A stretch of DNA of 64,000 nucleotides from Eledone cirrhosa (lineage: Eukaryota), in contig OZ024740.1 in assembly GCA_964016885.1 (NCBI GenBank), forward strand, positions 425,940,001 through 426,004,000, read 5' to 3'. Positions 13,159 through 25,920 of the stretch are shown one piece after another (the first letter of the stretch is position 1; the number at the start of each line of letters is the position of its first letter). The notes below the pieces were generated by a model that was not told the origin of the DNA, ran no database searches, and saw only the letters and a program-made list of their open reading frames with translations. Position numbers and translations under genes: made by a program.

Positions 13159-13252
13159 TATGGTGAACTAACTTTCGTGTAACCACGTCTACCTAACTCG
13201 TCCAATGGACTGAGTGCTCTACTACTACGGATATTACCTTTCCGTGTTCCAC

Positions 13253-13319
<67 letters not shown>

Positions 13320-13320
13320 A

Positions 13321-13379
<59 letters not shown>

Positions 13380-13380
13380 A

Positions 13381-13449
<69 letters not shown>

Positions 13450-13540
13450 CATACATATATCAGGATGTATTCACTTTGAAATTGGTTTGTCCATTACTCA
13501 ACAGAGTACTCGATTCTTTGGGTAATAGACTATGGTTATA

Positions 13541-13640
13541 TTATAAAGAGTCGGGACCCGACGGCTGAGCTCTTGCCGTTTCAACAGCTAGTTCAGTATC
13601 GAACATCAAGAGCTCAGCCGTCGGGTCACGATCTCTATAA
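13541..13640. repeat. GC-rich hairpin element (family also at 25921-26030 and 63235-63280)
   Basis: The arms gacccgacggctgagctcttg and caagagctcagccgtcgggtc are complementary. Confidence 0.75.
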
Positions 13641-13714
13641 CACATACACACACGCCCACACACACATACACGCGCGCACACATACACGCACATACACACA
13701 TTTACACAGACACA

Positions 13715-13814
<100 letters not shown>

Positions 13815-14450
13815 ATAATGTATGTATGTATGTATGTATAGCCTTTGATATTGACGCTTTCAAACTCTATATTTGTGGAGCCAGCAGTCATTTCGTTCAA
13901 TTCAACCAAGCAATGCAGATAAAAATTAATATTATATATAGCTGTAGGTCAAATATTGCCAAATAAGATTCCACTGCCAATGGCAGGGCAGGTCTGCAAA
14001 ACCTATATAGATGGCGTCATCTACAAGAAACTTGTAGTAAGGGCACAATATCTGGAAACAATTAATGAGTAAGCCCTTGGCAAAATCTCTTGGACTATAT
14101 GAAGTATCGTTTATTCTCAGCGGTTGTTTTTCTGTTTGTATCTCGAGGATTGAACATTCAGCTTGCTGTTCATGTCAAACATGATGTCCTGCATCTCTGT
14201 ATTTCCTCTCAGTAAGGTAATAGCTTCTGTTTTAACAGAGACAGCTGAACCACTGACCTTCCCCACCACCACAACCACCACTACCTCATAGGCACACATT
14301 ACCTCTACATTCTTTGTTCTCTCATCAATCATATTGTGTCCACACAAACACACAGACTCGACTCCCTCCTCTACAAGCGCATATACACAAACGCACACAC
14401 ACACTCACCTATATATGTATACCTGTGAATGCATATATATATTTATTATG

Positions 14451-14486
<36 letters not shown>

Positions 14487-14574
14487 ATTTTTTTTTTCAA
14501 ATGCAGGTGGGTGCTATAGAAGTGGTTGTTAGCTTCCGGTACCTACGTGATCAGATTAGCAGGGGGTGCGGGGT

Positions 14575-15141
14575 TCCGAGGCCATAGTATCTAGAATAAG
14601 GACGGGTTGAAAGAAGTTTAGGGAGCTGCTTCCTCTGCTGACGAAGAAGGGTTTCTCCCTGCATAAAAAAGGCCGGTTATATGATGCCTGTGTGAGGTGC
14701 GCCATGCTGCATGGTAGTGAGACATTGGCAGCAACTGCAGAGGATATGCGACGGCTGGAGAGAAATGAGGCAAGCATGCTTCGTTGGATGTGCAATGTCA
14801 ATGGCCGAGCATGGATGTGTTGAGAGAGAAACTGTGTCTGAGAGGGATAAATTGTTGTGTGCCAGAGAGGAGACTGCGATGGTAAGGACGTGAGTTGCGC
14901 ATGGAGGATGACCGATGGGTGAATAAATGCCAAGAAATGCCAGTTGAAGGAAGACGTAGTAGAAGAAGACCACGAAAAACATGGGCGGAGGTGGTGAGAG
15001 CAGACCTCAGATCGCTGAAGCTCACAATGAAGATGACGAAGGACTGCGACAAGTGGAGAGATGCTGTGCTGTATAGGACCCGTCCCACCCTTGCAAGCAG
15101 GGAAAAGCGGACGTAAAATGATGATGATGATGATGATGATG
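14575..15141 (+). mobile_element. RTE-clade LINE 3' fragment with (ATG)n tail
   Basis: [29 protein letters not shown] and [18 protein letters not shown] motifs, ending AAATGATGATG... Confidence 0.88.
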
Positions 15142-15180
15142 ATATATGTATATATATATACACGCACACACACACACACA

Positions 15181-15295
<115 letters not shown>

Positions 15296-15813
15296 AGTGG
15301 AAGCTTAGTAAAATCGAACCTTTGGCTGTGGCCAAGCAAAGTCGACCTACAATAAGGAATGAGTAGCAAAGCACTCAATAAGGTTAGGTCCTTAGAGTAA
15401 TAACATACGTTTAAATAGCTTGACAAATTAAAAATTGCGGTAGGCAAAACCCAGCTATACAATACCAAAACTACGAAAGAACTAATCAGGTTAAAACAAC
15501 AGATCTGGACAGATCGAACAATATTCTTCAATACGTCCGATATGTTTCTATGAATCTGAAATCATCCATCCAACTTACGTAACATGTAAGCTTGTGGTAT
15601 TCCATGATCGAACAGGGGATTCACTTCATCGACAGGCATTTCGTTCTTTTGCCTCAAACTGGTGTGGACTTCAACTAAATGCGACCGCCACAATAGACAG
15701 CCTTTAATCATTTCGTTGTCACGTGTTATTTCCAACAAGGAAAGCAGCCCCCGGGTTTTGGCGGGTAAATTCAAAGTGTTAACAAAGGAAAAAATATTTC
15801 CGCTCAACATTCC

Positions 15814-15873
<60 letters not shown>

Positions 15874-15939
15874 TCATTTAGGTTTGTTGGTTCACCACTG
15901 GATAGAACTGGTCATTCCGTATAGTCAACCTTGATGTAA

Positions 15940-16933
15940 TATTTTAAGACATCCGATAACGGTATCGGATGTCTTAAAATACGGATGAAACCATGGTAGA
16001 GGTATTTAAATATGTACACATTTCTTCTAAGTTTATTTACACCTAATTGTGTTTAGTTGACTGTATATCTGGTCGATTTATACATGCTGTCGAAATGTTC
16101 GATAAATAGCCCGTCGTAACCGCCGCGAAGGGGTTGCTTTCGGTTATTTGTCGGAGATTTCTTCATAGGAGCCTTTATTCTTATAGCTTGGTCTAATTGA
16201 TTTTTTATATGGTTAATTATTCTAATTGGGAGAGGAAACGGTATATATTTTATCTAGTGATTCTAAAGATATGTGTTACGACATATAGCTCTGATTATTT
16301 AATTTATTAATTCTTCATTGAGCCACAACGTGACCCGTTGCAAAACACATATATACCTATGACTTTATATATATGTAAACCTTTATATGTAATAATCTCC
16401 CGTTTGGTTGAGATAAAATTTGGCTGTATTGGGCTGCGCTTTCTAACAATAAGCCTACCAGCCGTAAGCAACTAATCACATCCTTTCTAACTTGACCGCT
16501 GCCACGTCACGATTCTTAGCCATTTTTGAATGTATTCTTGGCGCGATCACTTTGGAAAATTAATTGTCTAATTTTGAGCTAACTCCTGATGAATCCGAAG
16601 CTCTGGATATCCCCTGTTATCGGATGTCTTAAAATACGGATGAAACCATGGTAGAGGTATTTAAATATGTACACATTTCTTCTAAGTTTATTTACACCTA
16701 ATTGTGTTTAGTTGACTGTATATCTGGTCGATTTATACATGCTGTCGAAATGTTCGATAAATAGCCCGTCGTAACCGCCGCGAAGGGGCTGCTTTCGGTT
16801 ATTTGTCGGTGATTTCTTCATAGGAGCCTTTATTCTTATAGCTTGGTCTAATTGATTTTTTATATGGTTAATTATGCTAATTGGGAGAGGAAACAGTATA
16901 TATTTTATCTAGTGATTCTAAAGACATGTTTAA

Positions 16934-16935
<2 letters not shown>
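15940..16935 (+). mobile_element. Retrozyme/pLTR-like element: ~310-bp direct repeats 655 bp apart, each starting in an HHR
   Basis: 15964-16275 and 16619-16930 are near-identical. There is a short foldback at 15940-15981 and a homologue at 20910-21365. Confidence 0.8.
16582..16658 (+). ncRNA. Type I hammerhead ribozyme with extended stem II
   Basis: ctc-CTGATGA-ATCCG-(insert)-CGGAT-GAAAC-CATG-GTA-gag; palindromic ACCATGGT stem III. Confidence 0.85.
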
Positions 16936-16981
<46 letters not shown>

Positions 16982-17194
16982 TCACACACAGATAGCGAAT
17001 TAAATGTTTTCATAATGTCGTAATGCAGATAGATACATAGCTATAAGGTCGCGCCCCGGTTAAGACGGCACTCATGGCTTAGCAATTACATAGTCAACGG
17101 TTCGGAAATCACATGGACTTGTTATTTTTATCTGAAGACATTTTTTCCAATTCCAACCCGCCTGTCCCCTCAATCTATCTTATTTCTCATTCTT

Positions 17195-17230
17195 TCTTCT
17201 GATGAAGGACTAGTGTCCGAAACGTTAAGG
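17195..17230 (+). ncRNA. Minimal type I hammerhead ribozyme
   Basis: tctt-CTGATGA-A-GGAC-tagt-GTCC-GAAACGT-T-aagg; palindromic ACGT stem III as in dimer-cleaving PLE HHRs. Confidence 0.78.
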
Positions 17231-17327
17231 CCCTCTTACTGCTATATCAAACGTTAACCTAATATATCCCTTCCATATACTCTACCGATTGTGTTGTTAT
17301 TTATGTTTACTTTTTACATATATATAT

Positions 17328-17660
17328 ATATCACAGAAAAAAGTGAATCAGTGTTGCGACGAAAGGATTTATTGGACATATTACAATTGTTTCTCAGGCG
17401 ACCAGCTCGAGGCACAATCGATGTGGTGATCAAACCTGACTCTGAAATCGCGCGATCCTCGGATATGGCTCGATTCTACGAAGCAGATTTTCTTATTCAA
17501 ACTGCTTCGTAGAATGGAGACGTATCCGAGGTCCGCGCGATTTCAGAGTCAGGTTTGATCACCACATCGATCGTGCCTCGAGCGGGTCGCTCGAGAAACA
17601 ATTGTAATATGTCCAATAAATCCCTTTCGTCGCAACACTGATTCTTTTTTTTCTGTGATA
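17328..17660. repeat. GC-rich foldback with ~160-bp arms
   Basis: 17328-17488 is inverted relative to ~17502-17660. The arms contain GAAAC-AATT-GTA, which resembles an HHR 3' half. Confidence 0.85.
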
Positions 17661-17846
17661 CCATACTCTGCTCTATGAGGGCAACGGCCTACCGCATGCG
17701 GACGCTTTAAGCATCCAACACCAATTATTTATATATATATAAATAATTGGGTATAGGACGCGCTAGACACCATGACACATGTGCGTTAAAAAACACATCT
17801 CTCCCAGTCTCCATGAGTATTTTGAAGTGAAACTTACCAATTTCTG

Positions 17847-17936
17847 GATACCTGCAGAAGAGCGCAGAAATAGGAACTTTCACTTAATTGTTGCGAAACA
17901 AATTTGAAATTTAAAATTTTAATTTGTCCAGGTATC
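17847..17936 (+). ncRNA. Type I hammerhead-like motif, U4A core variant
   Basis: gatacctg-CAGAAGA-GCGCA...TGC-GAAACAAATT...AATTTGTC-caggtatc: perfect 8-bp stem I, 7-bp stem III, GUC site. Confidence 0.72.
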
Positions 17937-18176
17937 ATGGCTTTTGCCAATATAGATTTGTTTTTATTGATTTATTATTTTAAATCGAGACAGGCAAACC
18001 ATATTATTTTAATTAGTATTTTTCAATCTAGCTAACTTGGTCATTTGCAATACGAACACATGTATAATTGTATCAGTGTTTATCCCTATCATATATTCAT
18101 TTGTATTACACGGCTCAGAAATATTCCTTTCTTTGAGCTAATTAATTGTAAAAGACTATTTGAGTTTATAACTCTC

Positions 18177-18258
<82 letters not shown>

Positions 18259-18619
18259 GCATGCCTGTGTGTATATGGTAAGACATCAGTTTTGAAAAGA
18301 ATTTTGGGTCTGTCGTCTTGAGGTAGCTTTTTGACCCTATATCGCTCTTATCTTCAAAATAATATATCAAATCATGCTATTAAATTGTGGTAGAATTAGC
18401 CCCTAAGTAAGGGTGTTTATGGAAGGGGTTGAAAGATTGTTAATACACGAGTTTGACAAGTTTATGATATATATATATTGATAGGTGCGTGAGGGGGGAA
18501 ACTTTGAAGAAATAGCCTGGCTATTTCACGCTTGTAAATGATTATCGGATGGAAATGTCTCGGGGTCGGTAAAGTAATGGAAGTGGGTTTTTTTTATTGG
18601 TGAGTAATATTGGTTTTGA

Positions 18620-19091
18620 TATAGGCAGAAGGCCAAAAACATTGCGAGAGGGTAAAGTAGATTAAGTCGACCCCAGTTCGTTACTCGTAATATATTTTAT
18701 CGACCCTGTAAGCTGAGAGACAAAGCTGAGATGAAGGCGCATGGCTTTGTGGTTAGAGCATTGGGCTTGCAATCGAAAGGTAGTGAGTTCAATTCTCGGA
18801 CCGGGTGATGTGTTGTTTCCTTGAGCAAGACGCTTTATTTCACGTTGCTCCAGTTTACTCAGCTGTAGAAATGAGATGATAGGCCTGGGGTCCTATCATT
18901 AAATCACCCAAGACACCTCCAACGAGATATACCTTGGAGGAGGCCAGCTAAACCTGCATAGGCGTGAGCTGTCACACACACACACACAAAGCTAGCCTCA
19001 GTGAGAGTTGAACTTGGAACGTAAAGAGTCATAACTCAATGCCTCAAAGCAGGTCGTTCGACACTCTACCGATTCTTCCAATAGCCCGCCG
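18620..19091. mobile_element. SINE family A (minus) interrupted by SINE family B (plus, ~18733-18989)
   Basis: Family A halves flank a family B copy that has a tRNA-like head and the core CCTTGAGCAAGAC.CTTTATTTCACGTTGCTCCAG. Confidence 0.75.
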
Positions 19092-19444
19092 TGGGTTTTG
19101 CAATATTAAAGGTTTAAAACAGTTAATATAAATGATTGTTTTAACTTCAATTTAGTCAATGTTTGGCAAATGTTAATTTATGTCATTATAGGCACGAAAT
19201 AGTCTTTGTTTTGTTGATCCTATAAGTACACTTATTTCCCTTTCTCGTGCTTATCAGCTCGTGAAGGATTAGGCTTGGATTAAATTAATGAGAGACTATA
19301 AGGTTTGGTTGGCTTATTTCAAGGTTAGCTTGTTGTGTCGGTGTATGTTTGTATGCCGTTTAACGTTTGTTGAGGGTATAGACTGTTGGTAACTTCTGGT
19401 GTTGGTACTCAATGTCTGTGTATGTGTGCAAGACCAATTAATTT

Positions 19445-19991
19445 ACAGGGTATTAGTCGCTGCACGGTATTGGTCGCTACAGCGTATTGGTCGTTACTGG
19501 GTGTTGGTCGCTACAGTGTATTGCTCGCTACAGCGTATTGGTCGCTACTGGGTGTTGGTCGCTATAGGTTATTGGTCACTACAGGTTATTGGTCGCTACA
19601 GGTTATTGGTCGCTACATGTTATTGGTCGCTACAGGTTATTGGTCGCTACATGTTATTGGTCGCTACAGGGTATTGGTCGCTACATGTTATTGGTCGCTA
19701 CAGGGTATTGGTCGCTACAGGGTATTGGTCGCTACAGGTTATTGGTCGCTACATGTTATTGGTCGCTACTGAGTTTTGGTCGCTACAGGTTATTGGTCGC
19801 TACATGTTATTGGTCGCTACAGTGTTTTGGTCGCTACATGTTATTGGTCGCTACAGGTTATTGGTCGCTACAGGTTATTGGTCGCCACTGAGTATTGGTC
19901 GCTACAGGTTATTGGTTGCTACATGTTATTGGTCGCTACAGGTTATTGGTCGCTACATGTTATTGGTCGCTACAGGTTATTGGTCGCTACA
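19445..19991. repeat. 17-bp minisatellite (GGTTATTGGTCGCTACA)n, ~32 copies
   Basis: Direct inspection. Confidence 0.95.
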
Positions 19992-20572
19992 GAAAAATAT
20001 AGAAATTACGTCAAACTGTGGGTGCAGTCTTATGATATATGTCAGCAATAACAATACATGAGGCAGTTTGATTGTTGTTTGACTGAGAGGGTTAAGTTAT
20101 GGTTTAGAAAAGCTAAAATAATTTAATTTATGTCTATTGCTCTAAGTTATGTTGGGTTGATTGGATTCTGTTGGCTTGCGTTTATGGATATCATGAGTTT
20201 GGTTTAAATTTCTTTACGTTCTATTTAACCCATGATATAATTTATAAAATTACAACTTACAAACACAGACAAAACAACGCCAGCCACGTAAAAAATGCTT
20301 ATATTAAATTATCTCATAATTTCCCAATAAAATTATGAAATTAAAATTCAGAATTGAAAATTAAATTAAAAATCAAAATTAGAATTTAATTAAAATCTAT
20401 AAGTGAAAAAATGAAATGAAAATAAGATATAACAACGAGAGAAATACCCCCCCCCCTCCCCCCACACACACATACACAGCTGCCACCATCTTTCAGTTTC
20501 TGTTGCAAGTGGGTCACTCTATCTATACTATAACCGATATTGTGTATTTGCATTCCAAACGTCCAAATTACA

Positions 20573-20817
20573 TATGTGTGTGTGACAGCCCACAACTACG
20601 CAGGTTTAGCTGGCCTCCTCTAAGGTATATCTCGTTGGAGGTGTCTTGGGTAATTTAATGATAGGGACCCAATCCTATCATCGCATTTCTACAGCTGAGT
20701 AAACTGGACCAATGTGAAATAAAGTGTCTTGCTCAAGGAAACAACGCATCACCTGGTCCCAGAATTGAAATCACAACCTTTCAATTGCAAGCCCAATGCT
20801 TTAACCACTAAGCCAGG
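20573..20817 (-). mobile_element. SINE family B
   Basis: Reverse complement of 18733-18989, including the distinctive 3' tail. Confidence 0.85.
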
Positions 20818-21007
20818 CTTTAACCACTAAATCATATAGCCAAGAAACATTGAAGTTCCCAACATTAACTCCATCCAACACCTCGTCCCAACTTTCATTC
20901 AATACACAGCTGCAAACTTGACCACTGCTACGTCACGATTCTTAACCATTTTTTTAATCTATTTCTGGCGGGATCGCTTTGGAAAATTAACTGTCCTATT
21001 GAGTTTG

Positions 21008-21082
21008 TCTCCTGATGAGTTCGATACTCGAGATTTATCCTTAATAGGATGTCTCAAAATACGAACGAAACCATGGTAGGAA
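21008..21082 (+). ncRNA. Type I hammerhead ribozyme with extended stem II (homologue of 16582)
   Basis: CTGATGA-GTTCG-(insert)-CGAAC-GAAAC-CATG-GTA; stem II shows compensatory changes against ATCCG/CGGAT at 16582. Confidence 0.85.
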
Positions 21083-21363
21083 TATAATTACGGTATGTAC
21101 CTATTTCTTCTAACTTTAAATTTATATCTAATTGTGTATGGTTGACGGTATATTTGGTCAGTTTCTACATGCTGTTGAAATGTTGGGTAAATACTCTATT
21201 GGGGTCAACCGCGAAGAGGCTGCTTTCGCTTATTTATCAAATATTTCTTCATAGGAGCCTTTATTCTGTAGCCTGGTCTAATTGATTTTTTATATGGTTA
21301 ATTATGTTAATTGGGAGAGGAAATAGTATATATTTTATCTAATAATTCTAAGGACATGATTTA

Positions 21364-21446
<83 letters not shown>

Positions 21447-21599
21447 TACATATTGTTATACTTTGGGAGAGTCATGTTGCCAATAAGAAACACACGCACC
21501 AGCTGCTTTCACTTCAATTTATTATAATAAATTTATAAATTTCGGAATTTATAAATTTCCGGTTGGTTGGTTCCACAACCAGATGGTTGTTTATATATT

Positions 21600-21642
21600 G
21601 TCAAAGTTCTTTCGTCACACACTCTGTGACTTCTTAAGTGAC
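21600..21642 (-). ncRNA. Hammerhead motif, probably inactivated (G5 to U)
   Basis: Minus strand: gtca-CTTAAGA-A-GTCACA-gagtg-TGTGAC-GAAAG-AA-CTT-tgac. Confidence 0.6.
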
Positions 21643-22267
21643 TGGGGTTCTTTTCTTTGTTTTTTTTTTGTGCCTCTCCTTTGTTCTGTCCTACGCCATC
21701 TTGTTTTTGTGTGTGCGTTGTGTGCTTAGTTTGCGCATGTGTTACAGCCGGGTGTCTGTGTGTGTTTATATTCGTTTATTTATTTGTTTATTTACATGCT
21801 ACTGGTTGGTTGTTTGTTCTATGTGCGTGTGTGTTTTCATTTTGTCCTTAATTGTAAGTTGTGATGTTGCTGTTCCACTCTGTTTTCTATTTAATTTTGG
21901 TTGTAATTCATTTATGTTTATTGCCTCTGTGATTTGTCTAAACATTGCGTTTAAAAGCAATAAACATAAATGAGGCAATAAACATAAATGAATTACAACC
22001 AAAATTAAATAGAAAACATGAGTGGAACAGCAACATCACAACTTACAATTAAGGACAAAATGAAAACACACACGCACATACAACCAACAACCAACCAGTA
22101 GCATGTAAATAAACAAATAAATAAACGAATATAAACACACACAGACACCCGATGTAACACATGCGCAAACTAAGCACACAACGCACAAACAAAAAGATGG
22201 CGTAGGACAGAACAACGGAGAGGCACAAAAAAACAAAAAAAAAAAACAAACAAAGAAAAGAACCCCA

Positions 22268-22310
22268 GTCACTGAAGAGGTCACAGAATGTGTGACGAAA
22301 GAACTTTGAC
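22268..22310 (+). ncRNA. Minimal type I hammerhead ribozyme
   Basis: gtca-CTGAAGA-G-GTCACA-gaatg-TGTGAC-GAAAG-AA-CTT-tgac. Confidence 0.82.
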
Positions 22311-22517
22311 AATATATAAACAAGCATCTGGCTGTGGAACCAACCAACCAACCGGAAATTTATAAATTCCTAAATTTATAAATTTATTATAATAAATTGA
22401 AGTGAAAGCAACTGGTGCGTGTGTTTCTTATTGGCAAGATGACCCTCCTAAAGTATAACAATATCGGTTTCAACACACGTTTTCAGATAAAGAATCTTGC
22501 TAAACAAATTCAGAAAC

Positions 22518-22627
<110 letters not shown>

Positions 22628-22637
22628 TAACAGATTA

Positions 22638-22690
22638 AAGTTTAAACAAAGAATCGCTGTTTTCACCCTTAACGGAATCTTCTGAAACTC
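22638..22690 (-). ncRNA. Type I hammerhead-like motif, U4A core variant
   Basis: Minus strand: gagttt-CAGAAGA-T-TCC-gttaa-GGG-T-GAAAACAG-cgattct-TTGTT-T-aaactt; all three stems pair. Confidence 0.62.
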
Positions 22691-22778
22691 TATTTGCTCT
22701 ATGGTTTTTATATATCTGAGATATATATTTATCCTTATCGAGCCCTCTTTTGATTTTAGTCTTCAAATTTATTATTAT

Positions 22779-22819
<41 letters not shown>

Positions 22820-23031
22820 TACTATATATATATATATATTGTTGACTTTTCTTTAATATATATATGTGTGTGTTTGTCTGTGTCGGTGTTTGTACACACC
22901 CACAAAACCGACACAGACAAACACATATATATATATAAAACAAAAGATCTACAAGAAAAATACAACGCTGAAGAACAACAGAATACATTGATAGTGAAGT
23001 GTTCAACGCTTGATATAGTTCGAAAAAATAG

Positions 23032-23067
23032 TCTTAATGTTTCGGTCGTAACTCTTTCATCGGAAGA
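23032..23067 (-). ncRNA. Degenerate HHR resembling the 17195 motif
   Basis: Minus strand: tctt-CCGATGA-AAGAGTTACGACC-GAAACATT-aaga; stem II is decayed. Confidence 0.45.
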
Positions 23068-23474
23068 TAGGCTGAGAAAGAGGAAAAAGGATGTTTGAGA
23101 GATGTCGATGAGAGCAGGAAAACCCGTAGGCTGGTGAGAAAGCACGTACATATAATCACACCCGCTCACACAGCCACATGCCCCCCCACCCCCCCACACA
23201 CACACACGTATATATATTAGGAGAGAATAGTAGAGAGAAGAAGAGAGACTTGAATGAGTGTGTGAAATGAAAATATAAGTAAACATTACAATTATAAATA
23301 AAGCCTTATATTCATTATTGTTTCATATTATACCACATACGGGTGATTTCCTATAAAGCAAGTTCTACATAAATCCATTTTTCGGACGAACTCGTATCAA
23401 TAAAGTTTTGAGTGCATATATACAACATATGTGGAATTGGCTGTATGCGTGCGTATATGTGTACACACACACAC

Positions 23475-23547
<73 letters not shown>

Positions 23548-23556
23548 TATAATATA

Positions 23557-23665
<109 letters not shown>

Positions 23666-24074
23666 TATATAAATATATATATATACATATATATATATAT
23701 ACAGGAACACACAATTATGTATATATATGCGTATATATATAGAGAGAGAGAGAGGAACACACAATTATGTATATATATATGCGTATATGTCAGAATGTCT
23801 GTAACTCTACTCTTGTACAGGTATATCGGAATTTAAAGGAATTTCAATTTCATGCCACGACAAAAACAATTTAGGCGGAAAATTAGAAATTAGATCTTCA
23901 ATCTGTTGGCAGTTTCGAGATTGACATCAATTTTCCATTGAAACGTTACTGTTCTCTCTCTCTCTCTCTAATGTCTATGTCTCTATCTTAGTCTGCTTGG
24001 CTTTCTCTTTCCAAATTTCTCCCTCTTAATATCTCTATCTATTCCCTCCCTCCTTATCCACTTTCTCTCTATCT

Positions 24075-24365
24075 TCTCTATCTCTATCCCCTCTCTCTAA
24101 CCCCCTCTCTCTATCCTCTCTAACTCTATCCTCCCTCTCTCTAAACCCCCTCTCTCTCTATCCTCTCAAACTCTATCCTCCCTCTCTCTAACCCCCCTCT
24201 CTCTCTCTAATTCTTTCCTCCTTCTCTCTACCCCCTCTCTCTCTATCCTCTATAACTCTATCCTCCCTCTCTTTAATCCCCCTCTCTCTCTATCCTCTCT
24301 AACTCTATCCTCCCTCTCTCTAACCCCCCTCTATCTCAATCGTCTCTAACTCTATGCCCCCCTCT
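24075..24365. repeat. CT-rich ~40-45-bp tandem repeat
   Basis: Repeated ctctctaaccccctctctctatcctctctaactctatcctccc unit. Confidence 0.85.
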
Positions 24366-24639
24366 CTTTCTCTTGACACCACTCTAATTCTCCATAATTT
24401 TGTAATTTTTTCCCGTGTAACTCCGTATTTCCGTGTCACTAACTCCATGGATATACATGTACACTCCCGAGAGATACAGAGAGAGAGAGAGAGAGAGAGC
24501 AGTGGGGTGAGGGGGGTAAAGAGAGACAGAGAGGGTAGAAAGAGAAACAAAGAGAAAATGAGTTTCATACTCATCATGGGTTCTTAACTTTCTTTTATCC
24601 AGGAAAATGTCCAAATATTAGTCTACAAATAAGTATAGT

Positions 24640-24780
24640 AGTATAGTTATATATTTGCTAATGTATATATTGTATAGTATATATATATATATATATTTGG
24701 TAATGTATATATTGTATAGTATATATATATATATATATATTGCGTCCTATATATATATTTGCTAATGTATATATTGTATA

Positions 24781-24814
<34 letters not shown>

Positions 24815-25022
24815 CGTCCTATATATATATTTGCTAATGTATATATTGTATAGTATATATATATATATATATATTTGGTAATGTATATATTGTATAGTAT
24901 ATATATATATATATATATTGCGTCCTATATATATATTTGCTAATGTATATATTGTATAGTATATTTATATATATATATATATTGCGTCCTATATATATAT
25001 TTGCTAATGTATATACTGTATA

Positions 25023-25070
<48 letters not shown>

Positions 25071-25115
25071 CGTCCTATATATATATTTGCTAATGTATAT
25101 ATATATTTGCTAATA
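24640..25115. repeat. Compound minisatellite with variable internal (TA)n
   Basis: Repeated tgcgtcctatatatatatttgctaatgtatatattgtatagta(ta)n. Confidence 0.9.
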
Positions 25116-25399
25116 TATATATATATATACATATATCCTAAGATTCTGTCATGTTTCCTTATTTTTATTTTTTACCTTTGTTTATCAATTTTGTTTTATA
25201 TAGATTTTTTATGTCTTTTTTCTTCGTGTGTTTTTGTAGATTTTTTCATAAATATACATATATTATTCTGTCATATATTTCTGTCATAAATATACTTATG
25301 CCTACACCCACTCATATATATATACATATATATATACAGTGGTATTGTGTGTGTATGTATATATATATATGTGTATATATATGTGCATATATATATATG

Positions 25400-25480
<81 letters not shown>

Positions 25481-25578
25481 GTGTGTATGTATATATATGT
25501 GTGTGTGTATATACATATATATATATATATATACACGCACACATATATATACATACACACGCATATATATATACACAT

Positions 25579-25629
<51 letters not shown>

Positions 25630-25695
25630 TACATATATACGAATGTGTGTTTGCATATGTATATTTTCATGTCATTATAATATGCGTGTATATAA

Positions 25696-25759
<64 letters not shown>

Positions 25760-25875
25760 GTAATATACGTATGTGTATTTAAAATATACACGTGTGATAA
25801 AACGAATGAACGGATAAATACTGCATGGGTATTTAAATACAAATTCATTTACTTTTCCTTTCTATCATGCTATTG

Positions 25876-25918
<43 letters not shown>

Positions 25919-25920
25919 AA

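Larger units (their letters stand above)
21450..22464. mobile_element. ~1-kb foldback element with ~480-bp arms, each with an HHR motif
   Basis: 21450-21927 is inverted relative to 21972-22464 across a 44-bp spacer, flanked by (TA)n. The terminal motif ATGACCCTCC..AAGTATAA is shared with ~12968-12990 and ~61082-61105. Confidence 0.9.

Noticed and set aside
13900-14270. Possible host exon or transposase relic
   Set aside because: Stops in the candidate frames and no recognisable motif.
19445-19991. 17-bp repeat array and its repetitive ORFs as a CRISPR or repeat protein
   Set aside because: Head-to-tail units with no unique spacers, no cas genes, and a eukaryotic context.
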